From Chiloscyllium plagiosum (Eukaryota): DNA of 64,000 nt. Positions 12,787 through 25,500 of the stretch are shown here, in pieces (position 1 is the first letter of the stretch; every line of letters starts with the position of its first letter). The stretch spans positions 91,127,978 to 91,191,977 of the forward strand of contig NC_057719.1 of NCBI RefSeq assembly GCF_004010195.1. The letters run 5' to 3'. Made by a program: the position numbers and the translations under genes. Below the pieces are notes generated by a model. That model ran no database searches. It was given only the letters and a program-made list of their open reading frames with translations, and was not told where the DNA came from.

Positions 12787-15700
12787 AAATCTCCTCTGCA
12801 CCTTTTCCAATGCTTCCACATCCTTCCTGAAATGGGGCGACCAGAACTGTACACAATATTCCAAGTGTGGCCGTACCAGCGTTTTATATAGTTGCAGCAT
12901 GATATTGCGGTTCCAGAAATCAATCCCTCTACCAATGAAACCTAACACACCATATGCCTTCTTAACAGCACTATTCACCTGGGTAGCAACTTTCAGGGAT
13001 CTATGCACATGGACTCCAAGATCCCTCTGCACATCCACACTACTAAGAATCTTTCCATTCACCCAGTACGCTGTCTTCCTGTTATTCTTCCCAAAGTGCA
13101 TCACCTCACATTTAGCTGCATTGAACTCCATTTGACACCTCTCAGCCCAATTCTGCAATTCATCAAAGTCCCCCTGCAACCTGTAACATTCTTCCAAATT
13201 GCTCACTACTCCACCAACTTTAGTGTCGTCTGCAAATTTACTAATCCATCCACCTGTGCCTGCATCTAAGTCATTTATAAAAGTGACAAACAACAGTGGT
13301 CCCAAAACAGATCCTTGTGGTACACCACTAGTAATTGGACTCCAGACTGAATATTTTCCATCAACCATCACTCGCTGCCTTATTTCAGAAAGCCACTTTC
13401 TAATCCAAACTGCTAAATCACTCTCAATTCCATGCCTTTGCAATTTCTTCATCAGCCTACCATGTAGAACCTTATCAAAAGCTATACTGAAGTCCATGTA
13501 TACCACGTCAACTGCCCTACCCTCATCTACAGGTTTGGTCACCTTTTCAAAAAACTCAATGAGGTTTATGAGACACGACTTATCCTTGAAGAAACCATAT
13601 TGACTATCCGAAATCAAATTGTTGCTTGCTAGATTATTATATATCTTATCTCTCATAATCCTTTCCAAAACCTTTCCGACAACAGAAGTAAGGCTCATGG
13701 TCTATAATTACCTGGGTCATCTCTACTGCCCTTCTTGAACAAAGGCACAACGTTTGCAATCCTCCAGTCCTCTGGTACTAAAACCTGGAGACAATGACGA
13801 CTCAAATATCAAAGCCAAAGGCTCTGCTATCTCCTCCTTAGCTTCCCAGAAAATCCTCAGATAAATCCCATCCGGCCCAGGGGACTTATCAATTCTAGAA
13901 GGAGTGAAAATAGACAACAGCTGTGTGTAACTAACCTCGATCCTTTCTAGTCTAATATCTCGCATCTCATTCCTCTCCTCTACGATGTTCTCCTTTTCCT
14001 GAGTGAACACCGATGAGAAATGTTTGCTTAGCACCTCTCCAATCTCTACAGGGTCCACACTCAACTTCCCACTTCTGTCTTTGACTGGCCCTATTCCTAC
14101 CCTAATCATTTCTTTTATTCCTCACATACCTATAGAAAGCTTTAGGATTCTCCTTTATTCTATTTGCTAAAGACTGCTCATGTCCTCTCTTTGCTCTTCT
14201 TAACTCTCTCTTTAAATCCATCCTGACTGATCTGTAACTCTCCATCGCCTCATCTAAACCATCTTGCCTCATCAACACATAAGCCTCCTCCTTCTTCTTA
14301 ACAAGAGATGCAATTTCTGTAGTAAACCACGGTTCCCTTACCTTATCACTTCCTCCCTGCCTGACAGAGACATACCTATCAATGACACGCAATATCTGTT
14401 CCTTAAACCAGCTCCACATTTCGATTGTCTGCATCCCCTACATTTTTCTATCCCATTCTATGCATCCTAATTCTTGCCTAATCGCATTATAATTGCCCTT
14501 TCCCCATCGATAACTCTTGACCTGTGGCATGTACCTATCCCTTTCCATCGCTAAACTAAACATAACTTAACTATGGTCACTCTCTCCAAAGTGCTCACCT
14601 ACAACTAAATCAAACACCTGGCCAGGTTCATTACCAAGCACCAGATCCAGCATGGCCTCCCTGTTGTCAGCCCTTCAACATACGGTGTCAGGAAACTCTC
14701 CTGTACACATTTCTGGTCAATGTTGGGGAAGTTAAAGTCCCTCATAATGATCACCCTGTTCCTTTCACTCCTACTCAAAATAATTTTACTAATCCTCTCT
14801 TCCACCTCCCTAGAACTCTGCGGAGGCCTATAAAAACTCCAAGGATTGTTTAAATCTCCCTAATGTGACCTCTCCTCTCCTGTTTCTAACCTCAGCCCAC
14901 ACTACCTCAGTAGACAAGTCCTCATCAAAAATTCTCTCAGCCATGGTTATACTATCTTTGACTAACAACGCCATGCCTCCCCCCTCTTTTACTGCCTTGC
15001 CTGTTTTTAATGAAAGATCTAAATCCTGGAACCTGCAACATCCATTCCTCACTCTGCTCTAACCATGTCTCTGAAATGGCCACAACATCGAAGTCCCAGG
15101 TACCTATCCATGCTGCAAGCTCACCTCCCTTATTTCGGATACTTCTGCCATTGAAGTAGGCACACTTCAAACCACTTCGCTGTCTGCCATTACATTACTG
15201 TGACCCTGAAATCCTGTCGCTGTCCTTCCTACTCTCATCCTCCTGTGCACTGCAGCCACACCTCAGGTTCCCACCCCCCTGCTGAGCTAGTTTAAACCTA
15301 TCCGAATAGCACTTGCAAATTTCCCACCCAGGGTATTAGTACCCCTCTGGTTCAAGTGAAGACCGTCCTGTTTGTACAAGTCCCACCTTCCCCAGAATGA
15401 GCCCCAATTATCCAAGAACCTGAAACCCTCCCTCCTGTACCATCCTTGCAGCCTTGTGTTCAGCTGATATCTCTCCCTATTCCTTGCCTCACTATCACGT
15501 AGCACGGGTAACAAACCAGAGATAACAACTCTGTTTATTCTAGCTCTCAACTTGCACCCTAGCTCCCTGAAATCCTGCCTTACATCCCTATCCCTCTTTC
15601 AACTTAGGTCGTTGGTACCTACATGGACAACAACTTGAGGCTGGTCACCCTCTCTCTTCAGGACCCCAAAGATATGATCCGAGACATCACAGACCCTGGC

Positions 15701-15930
15701 ACCTGGGAGGCAACACACCAACCGCGAGTCTCGTTCGTTCCCAACAAACCTTCTATCTCAGCCTCTAACTATTGAGTCCCCAATGACTAACACTCTCCTC
15801 CTTTCCTTCCTTCCCTTCTGTGCAACAGGGACAGGCTCCGTGCCAGAGACCTGGGCGCCACTGCTTGCCCCTGGTAAGTCGTCCCCCTCAACAGTATCCA
15901 AAACGGTATCCATGTTTTTCAGGGGAACAG
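12787..15930 (-). mobile_element. CR1 LINE (ORF1 esterase, endonuclease, RT), 3' end missing, nested in Penelope
   Basis: About 300 aa open RT (YMDFSIAFDKV, SGVPQGSVLGP, KFADDTK, LEYCVQFWSP), endonuclease CAYFNGRSI and ORF1 DGLHLN. Confidence 0.96.
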
Positions 15931-16217
15931 TTTGAGTCTCCGCATTACTGCCTCTGCTAAGAACCCTGATATTGGAGATCCCATAGGTATTCCATTAGTT
16001 TGTCTGTTGGTTTTGTTGTTAAAGATGAAGTGAGTGATAAGGCATAGGTCCACTAGCTTGACGATATTGTCCTTGCTGATGAAGTTGGTGGGCATTTTGT
16101 GTTTGTGTCTTTGGTTCTTCTAATAATGTAGTCAGTCTTTCCTTGGCCAGGCTAATGTTGATGGATGTGAATAGGGTTGTTACGTCAAAGGAGACCATTG
16201 ACCACTATCACTAGTAT

Positions 16218-16840
16218 AGATTATAGATTATAGAAGAATACAGCGCAGTACAGGCCCTTCGGCCCTCGATGTTGCGCCGATCCAAGCCCACCTAACCTAC
16301 ACTAGCCCACTATCCTCCATATGCCTATCCAATGCCCACTTAAATGCCCATAATGAGGGAGAGTCCACCACTGCTACTGGCAGGGCATTCCATGAACTCA
16401 CGACTCGCTGAGTATAAGAATTCAATAAGATTTGTAAGGCAAGACCTACCCTTCACAAATCCCTGCTGGCTGTCCCTAATCAAGCAGTGTCTTTCCAGAT
16501 ACTCATAAATCCTATCCCTCAGTACCCTTTCCATTACTTTACCTACCACCGAAGTAAGACTAACTGGCCTGTAATTCCCGGGGTTATCCCTATTCCCTTT
16601 TTTGAACAGGGGCACAACATTCGCCACTCTCCAGTCCCCTGGTACCACCCCCATTGACAGTGAAGATGAAAAGATCATTGCCAACGGCTCTGCAATTGTA
16701 CATGGACACCAAGATCCCTCTGCTCATCCACACTACCAAGTATCCGACCGTTAGCCCAGTACCCCATCTTTTTATTACTCTTACCAAAGTGAATCACCTC
16801 ACACTTAGCTACATTGAACTCCATTTGCCACCTTTCTGCC
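16218..16840 (-). mobile_element. Internally deleted CR1 LINE inserted in the inverted PLE arm
   Basis: WRVANVVPLFKKG...NYRPVSLTS and CR1 3' tail; agtat duplicated at 16213-16217 and 16841-16845. Confidence 0.88.
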
Positions 16841-17061
16841 AGTATCTTTACATTCATATGAGGAAGGACACTACTTCGACTGGGACAAAACATCCATCCT
16901 AGGACAAGCCAAACAGCGACGCACGAAAATTCCTAGAAGCACGGCATTCCAACCGGAAATCAACAAACACCCTGACAAAAAGAACAGGAAATGACATCAC
17001 CAACCCAAGGAAACCTGAACACAAATAAAAAGGGGGCCATACCACCACTGCTTCACCAGAA

Positions 17062-17105
17062 GCTCACTGATGATGTTACCTAGTATGGTGACGAAACGTC
17101 TGAAA
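17062..17105 (+). ncRNA. Minimal type I hammerhead ribozyme motif of the Penelope terminal repeat
   Basis: CTGATGA (17067-17073), T, stem II GTTACC/GGTGAC with loop TAGTAT, then GAAAC-GTC; predicted cleavage after 17100. Confidence 0.8.
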
Positions 17106-17152
17106 ACAAACTTCCAGCTCAGTGATCAAGCTTACATCCAGAGTATAGAATT

Positions 17153-17780
17153 TTACTAAAGTATTCCTTTACGTCTAAGTCTGTGGATCTTCAGTACTTG
17201 CAAGAATTTGATAAATATTTCAATTATATTGGTGACCACAGATTGTCTAGTCAGGAAAGGAAAAGATACCTTTGGTCTTGACAGAACATGCTCTATTTGA
17301 GATATTGCTGATGAAAACCATTCATAGACCATTTCAAAAAGAACAGATTCTAAGCTAAGACAACCACAAGTTTTGGTGATTTGCACAGATGGATCAATTA
17401 GTTCATCCAAGGGTCGTTGACCACAGGAGAACTTTTTGTTGCCACAAATGTAGTCATTTTATAACAGAAGCACTATGATACAAAAGCAGACACTATCTCT
17501 GCATGGCAATCTGAAAGTAGTCTCAAGCTATTAAAAGGTGAAAATGTGTTGCTGGAAAAGCGCAGGTCAGGCTCATGCCCGAAACGTCGATTCTCCTGCT
17601 CCTTGGACGCTGCCTGACCTGCTGCGCTTTTCCAGCAACACATTTTCAGCTCAAGCTATTAAAAGCCTTCAATCCTGTCATTTTGCAATTAATGGATGAA
17701 CATCACACAAAAACTTCTCTCTTACGTTACTTTCAAAAGGCAGATTTGAAAGTGTATTTGCTGAATAAAATCAGAATGTT
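17153..17780 (+). pseudogene. Continuation of the candidate L protein EVE (connector region)
   Basis: Contiguous with 11816-11882 once the PLE is removed. Frame YSFTSKSVDLQYLQEFDKYFNYIG... continues with stops and across the 17538-17649 insert. Confidence 0.4.
17538..17649. mobile_element. Penelope-derived 112-bp foldback insertion
   Basis: Arms tgaaaatgtgttgctggaaaagcgcag and ctgcgcttttccagcaacacattttca; half hammerhead gcccgaaacgtc; 16-bp direct repeat ctcaagctattaaaag at 17522-17537 and 17650-17665. Confidence 0.85.
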
Positions 17781-18934
17781 TTTTGCTTTTTTCATGCCTT
17801 TTTCTTGCAGCAACTATCTTGCTCACTTATGGGATTAATTTTCAACGAGGGGCAGTTATAGTCAAATTGTCACTCTGTTCCTACTTTTACATCAAGAAAG
17901 AGCTCCACATTTCTGACTGGACATTCTGATCAATTCTCCTTCACAAATGCAGAGGATACTTTAAATCTGACAGGCCCCTCATAGTGCAGGACATTTGTGG
18001 AAGTCAAACTACCATCCCTTTTGCACAGCAGTAGTTGTTGTGATTTAAAGGTCCAGCAACACAGTCACTTTCACATCCTTGTGAAAGGGTGAGTATCTAA
18101 GCTAAGTGTGAAGTGAGGGTGCCAGGTGGTTAGGGTACCAAGGCACAATGCGAGAGAAGGGCCAGGTGAATGATGGGACTGTTAGGTTAATTTAGGGTGG
18201 GTAGGGATATCAGGTACTGGTGATGCTCAGTCAATGTGTTAGTCTAGTAATTCCCCAGCAGTTAGACTAATTGTCACACTGTTGCTGGTTATCTATTTAC
18301 TTTACTGCCCAGAGCCCTATGATATTTATGATTTAAATGTATACTTTCCGAGGATTCAAGGATCGGGGAATTGCACATCAGAAGCGTCAGTTACCTGAGC
18401 AATTCCCTCTGCTTCGTTCAGCAGGATCTCAATGAACAACAGCAAAATGTTTTCACCGGCACCTTATCAACAGGCACTCTTGATTAACTGACAAAACTTA
18501 TATACCTCAAATACCATCATCTACTGCAATGTCTCAGGTATTTATGCTATAAATAAAGCATAACAGTGATGCTTATACCCCTGCATTAAGATTTTATTAC
18601 TTATTGTGTGTTTTTACACTGGTATTAGGTGGTGTGTTGATACTTTTATAAAGAACTTTTGAGGGATATTGATGTCTTGAAGCTTTATTTGGTCAGGTTT
18701 TACTGTGATTATGCGTACCTCTTGATTATCTGGAATATCTGATCAGCTAGCACACTCCTAGTCCCACAAATGCCGATTAATCGAATGTTTACTAAATTTG
18801 GCCATCAAAATCCAAGCCTTAAAAAGGCAGTTAAAATTTTTTGTGGCAGAACATAAATTCAGGAAAACTATAATAGTACCACTTCAGTTCCCTTTCAACA
18901 ACATGGTAAATATTCTAACAAAAAGGGTTAATCT

Positions 18935-19038
18935 GGAGACAGATATAGAAATTGATGGAAAAGCCCAGCAGGTCTGGCAACATCTGTGCAGAGAAATCAG
19001 AGTTAACGTTTCAGGTCAAGCGACGCTTCCTCAGAACT
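18935..19038 (-). mobile_element. PLE terminal-repeat remnant with degenerate hammerhead
   Basis: Minus strand agttCTGAGGAagcgtcgcttgacctGAAACGTTaact. Confidence 0.65.
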
Positions 19039-19839
19039 CAGGGTTAATTTGGACCTAAGAATGAAGTACTCTCATTGGACAGAGATGATATGGATAAAAT
19101 TCTTCACATTTTAATCTCCCTATTTTGTTTTTGTGCTGTCAATTTTACTTTGCCTTCTTGCAAACAAATTGCTGCAATTTTCACTATTTATCACTGACAG
19201 ACGCATTTAAAATATTGGCATGGATGGAAATCTGTTATTGGTATAGAAACATTATTTTTATTTTCAGGAGCTAGGACTCTGCCATTAAATAGCTGACATC
19301 TGCTCTTTAAAAGAACTGGTAACCAATTTTGAGCTGGCAAAACTGAATTTTCAACTTGCAAAAATGGGTTTCAGCCACCAAGGGGCTTCTGTTGGTGTGT
19401 TTCTCTGAAGATGCAAATAATTATGAATTACATTTTGGACAGTTTCAAAATCCACGTATAGAATTCTAAAAATGGTCAGTTACGTATATAAATGTTTTTT
19501 CCTTAAACAAGAACAAAAAAAAGGAATGAAAAGGAGACATTTGTACAGACAAGCTGACAGAGCTAAAAGCAGACAAGCTAACTAGGTTAAGGAGACAGCC
19601 GGTTTGATTAATTCGCTTTATTCCACAGAAAGGTAAACATGAGTAATCTTATCTGAATCATGTTAAATTAATAAGATTTATCTTCTGTAATGATGCAAAA
19701 AAAAAAACCAAAGATGCTACTTTACTCTTTTAGAATGATGTCTCAAGCAAAATAATACCTGTCTTCTGCCCGACAACCAAGGCAAAATTACCCCTCCTAT
19801 TATTTTACCAAAAGACTGCCTCCACTCTTATAGCTCACT

Positions 19840-20450
19840 TTAAAACAAAACTCAGAGAGTTTAACTTTAGAGAGCTACAGAGGGATTTGGGAGTTCTCAT
19901 GAACGTCAGCTTCTTGTGATTCACATAATGGGCAATGGGAAAGCAAACGGAATATTGGTCTTTATTTCAAAGGAAATGGAGTATAAAAGTAAGGGAAAAT
20001 TGCTAAAATGATACAAGTCACTGGTCTGGAAAATTGTGAACAGTTTTAGACTGTTTATTGAAGGAACAATATACTGGCATTGGAGGCAGTCCAGAAAAAG
20101 ATCACTAGATCAAGTCTTACAAGAAGTACAGTAGGTTGGGCCTGGTATGTATTGGAATTTAGAAGAATGAGAGACAACCTCAGTGAAACACACAAGATGT
20201 TATTTCCTCCTTATGGGACAGTCTAAGACTAGAGAACATAATCTCAGAATAAAGGTTGTACAGTCAAACCAGGGATGAGTAGGAATTTCTTCTCTCAGAA
20301 GTCAGTGAATCTGTGGAAGTCTTTGTCACATAGGGCTGTAAAGGCCAGTGGATTTGAGAATTATCAGATCAGGCATGATCTCACCAAATGGCCGAGAAAC
20401 TCAAATCAACCAAATGACCTACTTCTGTTCTGAAATCTTATAGTTTTATG
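19840..20450 (+). mobile_element. Old CR1 LINE 3' part
   Basis: QRDLGV and RNFFSQK...NLW-like motifs. Confidence 0.7.
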
Positions 20451-21142
20451 TTAAATCTGACTTGATAGACCATAACTTTTACTTCTGCAATATGTTTACT
20501 GTTGTGGTCAGTCATTGGAAATGGTCACACAAGGCTGTAAATGAACTTTTATCAAAGGAACACTAGTCATTACACAAAATATAAAGAAAAATAATTAAGT
20601 AATATAAATATGGTGATTTGGAAAGATCTGATCATAATAAAAATTTAATCCTTTTCTCACTAATATACTCTACGAACATAACTCTGTTGAACCTTACTCC
20701 TGAGCCAAGAGGCCTGGGTTCAAGAACCACCTGCTCCAGACGTATGTCATAACATCTCTGAACAGGTTGATGAGAAAATATCTAAAACCTCTTTCCAACT
20801 CTGGTGGGTTGAAGGCTGCTATAAATGATACTGCCCTACTGCTGGTGAGGAGCCTTGCTATTGACCTCACCATGTTTCTGGTTCCTTGTCTCCACTTTGT
20901 CAGTCATAAAAACCCAAGTCAATGATAAAACAGCAATTATTGCATCAGGTCGCTTGTGGAGTATTTTAGCTGAGGTCATATAACTTCTTGGAAAGGCTTT
21001 CTTTTACTAATTGTTCCAAATGACTATTTGACGTTTCTTTAAAAAAGATTCAACTTTCACAGCACTGAAATAAAAAAAAACCATTTCCTTCTACTTTAGA
21101 ATCACAAGTTTCCAAAGTAATCATAGTTTGCTATAAACTTTC

Positions 21143-21545
21143 ATCATAGAGTCGTAACAGCATGAAAACAGACCCTTCAGTCCAACTAGTCCACACTGAA
21201 CATAACCCCAAACTATACTCCCACCTGCCTGCTCCTGGCCCATATCCCTCCAAATCTTTCCAATTTGTGTACTTATAAATGTTGTAATCATACCCACACA
21301 CACTACTTCCTCAGGAAGGTCAATCCACACATTCCATCCTGTGTAAACAATTTGCCCCTCATGTCTTTTTTTAAAATCTCTCTTCTCTCACCTTAAGAAT
21401 GTGCCCCCTAGTCTTGAAATCCGCCATCCTAGGGCAAAGACAACTACCATTAACTCTATGCATACCTCCCACTATTTTCTAAACTTCCATCAGGTAGTCT
21501 TCAAACTTCCTACACTCAAGTGAAAGAAGTCCCAGCCTATCTATG
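21143..21545 (-). mobile_element. CR1 LINE 3' fragment
   Basis: W..LPEEVV motif and CR1 3' UTR. Confidence 0.8.
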
Positions 21546-21904
21546 TTTAAAGATTTGCTTTACGTATATTTGGTTTAAAATAATAAACACGATCAATCTC
21601 CTATCCAAATCTAAACTCTGGAAGAATTTACCCTCATATAGGCTGAGCAACAAGGTAGTTTGTGGATATAAACAGGAATAAACTATTTATATCGAACATT
21701 TCACATGGTAAAATATCTCAAGGTGTTTTACAAGATTGCTCTCAAATAGAATTTGACGCTAAACCACATAAGCAGCGTCTTAGAAGAGGAGGGGCATTTA
21801 GAGAGGCAAAGCGAATTTCAAAGGTTATGGCATAGCAGCTGGAGGCACAGTTACAAATGGTGGAGCACCTAAACTAGCATTGCAAAAAAGGCCAAAATTC
21901 AAAG

Positions 21905-23093
21905 TTATAGAAGTAATGAAGACGATTGAAGAGGGCAGAGAGGTGGGCATGATCTATATGGATTTCATGAAGGAGTTCATCAAGGTTCCACATGGTAGAT
22001 TGGTTAGCAAGATTAGACCTCATGGAATACAGGGAAAACTAGCCATTTCCACACATAACTAGCTCAAAGGCGGTGCTGGAGGGCTGCTTTTCAGACTGGA
22101 GCCTGTGACCAGTAGTGTGCCACAAGGATCAGTGCTGGGTCCACTGATGTTTGTCATTTATATAAATGATTTGGATGTAAATATAGGAGGTATAGTTACT
22201 AAATTTGCAGATGACACCAAAATTGGAGGTGTAGTGGACAGCGAAGAAGGTTACCTCAGATTACAACGGGATCTTGATCGGATGGGCTAAAGGGCCAAAG
22301 AGTGGCATATGGCGTTTAATCTAGATAAATGTGAGGTTCTACATTTTGGAAAGGCAAATCAGGGCAGCACTTATACACTTAATGGTCCTGCAGAGTGTTT
22401 CTGAACAAAGAGACCTTGGAGTGCGGGTTCATAGCTCCTTTATAGTAGAGTAGATAGGATAGTGAAGGTGGCGTTTGGTATCCCTTCCTTTATTGGTCAG
22501 AGCACAGAGTATATGGGAGATCATGCAGCGGCTGTACAGGGCATTGAAATATTTGGAAAATTATGTGCAGGACATTTTGGAATATTATGTGCAATTCTGG
22601 TCTTCCTTTCGGAAGAATGTTGTGAAACTTGAAAGGGCTCAGAAAAGATTTACAAGGATGTTGCCATGGTTGGAGGATTTGAGCTATAGGGAGAGGTTGA
22701 ATAGGCTGAGGCTGCTTTCCCTGGAGCGTCAGAAGCTGAGGGGTGACCTTATAAAATCATGAGGGACATGGGTAGGATGAATAGACAAGGTCTTTTCCCT
22801 GGTGTGGGGAGAACTAGAAGTTTAGGGTGAGAGAGGAAAACTTAAAAGGGACCTAAAGGCCTACTTTTTCACTCAGAGAGGTACGTGTATGGAATGAGCT
22901 GCCAGAGGAAATGGTGAAGTCTGGTACAATTACAACATTTAAAAGGCAACTGGATGGATAAATGAATAAGAAGGGTTCAGCGAGATACGGGCCAAATATT
23001 AGCAAATGGGACTAGATTAGGTTAGGATATCTGGTCGGCATGGAAGAGTTGGACCGAAGGGTCTGTTTCCATGCTGTACATTTTTATGACTCT
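21905..23093 (+). mobile_element. CR1/HER1-like LINE RT and 3' end
   Basis: YMDF, VPQGSVLGP, KFADDTKIGG and EYYVQFWS motifs. Confidence 0.93.
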
Positions 23094-23769
23094 AAAAGGA
23101 GCGTTGAGGCCTTCAACAAATGTAAAACAAGAATGAAATTTAAACATAGATATTGCCAGTATAGGAGCCAAGGTAAGTGAGCAAACACAGGTCTAGCCAA
23201 ATTCATAACATTTTGACAACATTACCAACTAGCTATGGCTGGCAGCATCCAATGTCTGACCAGCAGCGTTATAAAGCCCTGAACAAAATACATTTTTAAG
23301 TAACATTTTTTAACATGGCTGAGCAATGTTGGAATGAAATTCGTATCAGAAGGAAAAAGATAAACTGAAGTAATATTTTCTTTTATTTTAACCTATGTTT
23401 CTAATCTGTTCAGAGATGTTACTACATACGTCTGGAGCAAGTAGACCTTGAATCTGGGCATCCTGGTCTAACGGTAGAAATACTACCACTGCACAAGCAA
23501 CAGTGATATTTTCTTAAATTTAATACTTCAATAGAAAAATCTATAGCCTAAAAAAATGCAACATTAGAGATTATTGAACCTGAGTATTCCTCCCTCTCTC
23601 TCTACCGTACCCCACAATCTTTACTGTCCTATGGGGTATGCAGAAATTTATTTAGGAATACCGAGCTACGCTAGGAAAGTGTAACACTATTTTGATTAAA
23701 AAAAAGTTTGATTGTTTAAATGGAGATCTCTTTTTTCAAAAGACAAACAAAAATCTATCCTGAATTTTC

Positions 23770-24110
23770 ATGAAAACCTGTGACATGGATAACCTTACTC
23801 TGAGCCATGCACACACCTGATGCTAACCCTTCAGTGGTTCCCATTTTAGGTCCACATTGATTTTCCATCTCAACCTTCATCAACCTCCATTACACATGAT
23901 GAAGCTCAAGTTGCTACCAGCTTGGACAAATAGCACAATGCGAATTGAGTGAACCAATTATAGTTGAAAATTACAGTTAGTGCAACAAAAAAGAATTCTG
24001 CATCGCTGTAGTAATGCTTTTTTAATCAGTGAATCAATGTATTATATTTCTAGATATAGCATTCACACCTGACAATATTGTTAACAGTCAAGGCATGTTC
24101 TTATGTACAT
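23770..24110 (+). pseudogene. Weak candidate HN/RBP-like EVE fragment
   Basis: PCT..NPSV, YQLGQI, NKK..C and IVNSQG occur in the order expected for the first HN propeller blades; very degenerate. Confidence 0.25.
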
Positions 24111-24626
24111 ACATACAATATAATGCCCCCCAAGTCTTATTCACATGTTTGTTCAATCCCATGATTACTGCAAATAATAAACATTGTTATAATTTAAGAA
24201 TTAACGTGATGTGAACATGCCAGATGTGCTTAATAATTTATATAATTTCTATAAACTAACCAACTAAAAGTAACTTTAATAAAACAATGAGGTGTCAGAG
24301 GAAACTAAATAATAGTCATGACTAGTCATATTCTTTTTAAAAAAGCCCACTGTCCCACATATCTTAACAGGAGTGTCAGACAAAATAACAGGCAAAAGGA
24401 GGAAAGATAAGAACAGATAACCAAAGGTTAAACAGCTTCTAAAAGAAGCAATTTTGAGACAAGTTCATAGCTATTACATGTCAGTGTCATATATCTCGAC
24501 ATTTGATACGGATCATAGGTGTATTGCAAAATCAAGGATTTAAACCCTTTCCTCGTCAGTTGCATTTTTCCTATATGATCCCAGTTTCTTTGTATTAATA
24601 CTTGTGCTTCCTTTTTTTTAAAAAAG

Positions 24627-24925
24627 GAATCCCTACAGTGTAGAAACAGGCCCTTCGGCCCTACATGTCCACACCAACACTCTGGAGAGTATCCCACCCA
24701 AACCTATTCCCTATTACTCTACTTTTGCCACTAACCTACACATCCCTGAATACTATGGGCAATTTAGCATGGCCAATTCACCAAACCTGCACATCTTTGG
24801 ATTGTGGGAGGAAACCGGAGCACCCGGAGGAAACCCACGCAGTTATGGGGAGAATGTGCAAACTCCACACAGACAACTGGTGAGGATGGAATTGAACCTG
24901 GGTTACTGGCGCTGTGAGGCAGCAG
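24627..24925 (-). mobile_element. HE1-type SINE
   Basis: Matches the other SINE copies in the window. Confidence 0.9.
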
Positions 24926-25009
24926 TGTGTGTCTCTCTCTCTCTCTCCACCCTCCACCCCCCACCTCCCCCCCACCCACCCCTCCCATATGACATAATTG
25001 GATGAAGTA

Positions 25010-25500
25010 CGCAGTTCCCATACCCTGCCTTTTGCCTGCTTTATTCTTCATCATGGCAGTGATATGGCTTACAGTCAACAGGAAAACTGTTACTTCAAGA
25101 ATTGCAGTGTCAACAGTTAAGCTGCACTCACCAGAAACACTATCATTAGAACACTTAGTAGACTTGGTATTCTCCAAAGTAAGGATTTATCTTTTACAAA
25201 CTGCTCAACAGTAGTTTTGTTCATGAGTTAAAAAAAATAGTCACACCAGACACCAAAGTGGTTGGACAATGCTAAACTAATGCACTGACAGCTATGCTAC
25301 AGTACTAAACATATACCAATGAAATGCTGGAATAGGCTGCCAACAAAATAAAATGCTGATGAAGTGAATGTTAGGTAATTAATAAGTCTAAGCGAATGCA
25401 GTTCAATTGTTCCATGGACAAACCGAGTTATAATGACACCCTATACAAAGGCATTGTTTTTGCCAGTATTCTGTGCCACATTAGACATTCACCTTTATTA
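25010..25500 (-). pseudogene. Candidate paramyxovirus-like fusion (F) protein EVE, C-terminal half
   Basis: ECL..GTEY, RFVHGTI/NCI and HCPTTLVSGVTIF (25233-25271; compare morbillivirus F HCPVVEVNGVTI), then a hydrophobic stretch TAILEVTVFLLTVSHITAMM and basic KNKAGKR. Confidence 0.55.

Larger units (their letters stand above)
11883..17139 (-). mobile_element. Penelope-like element with inverted 5' copy, carrying nested SINE and LINE insertions
   Basis: RT MVSFDVTTLFTSI...GIPMGSPISGFLAEAVM (15930-16198) and GIY-YIG NVIYKIP...HYIGQT (about 12140-12410). An inverted copy of the 3' end occupies 16199-16217 plus 16841-17139. Flanking near-direct repeat agagta[c/t]agaatt at 11866-11878 and 17140-17152. 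Confidence 0.88.

Noticed and set aside
12760..13698. Longest ORF (312 aa reverse transcriptase) as a novel RT system
   Set aside because: It is an ordinary CR1 ORF2 RT; the upstream frame is broken and the 3' end is lost.
25130..25200. Possible extra TTBK2 exon (AG...gtgagt on the minus strand)
   Set aside because: Poor polypyrimidine tract and no TTBK-like peptide; better explained as part of the F-like segment.
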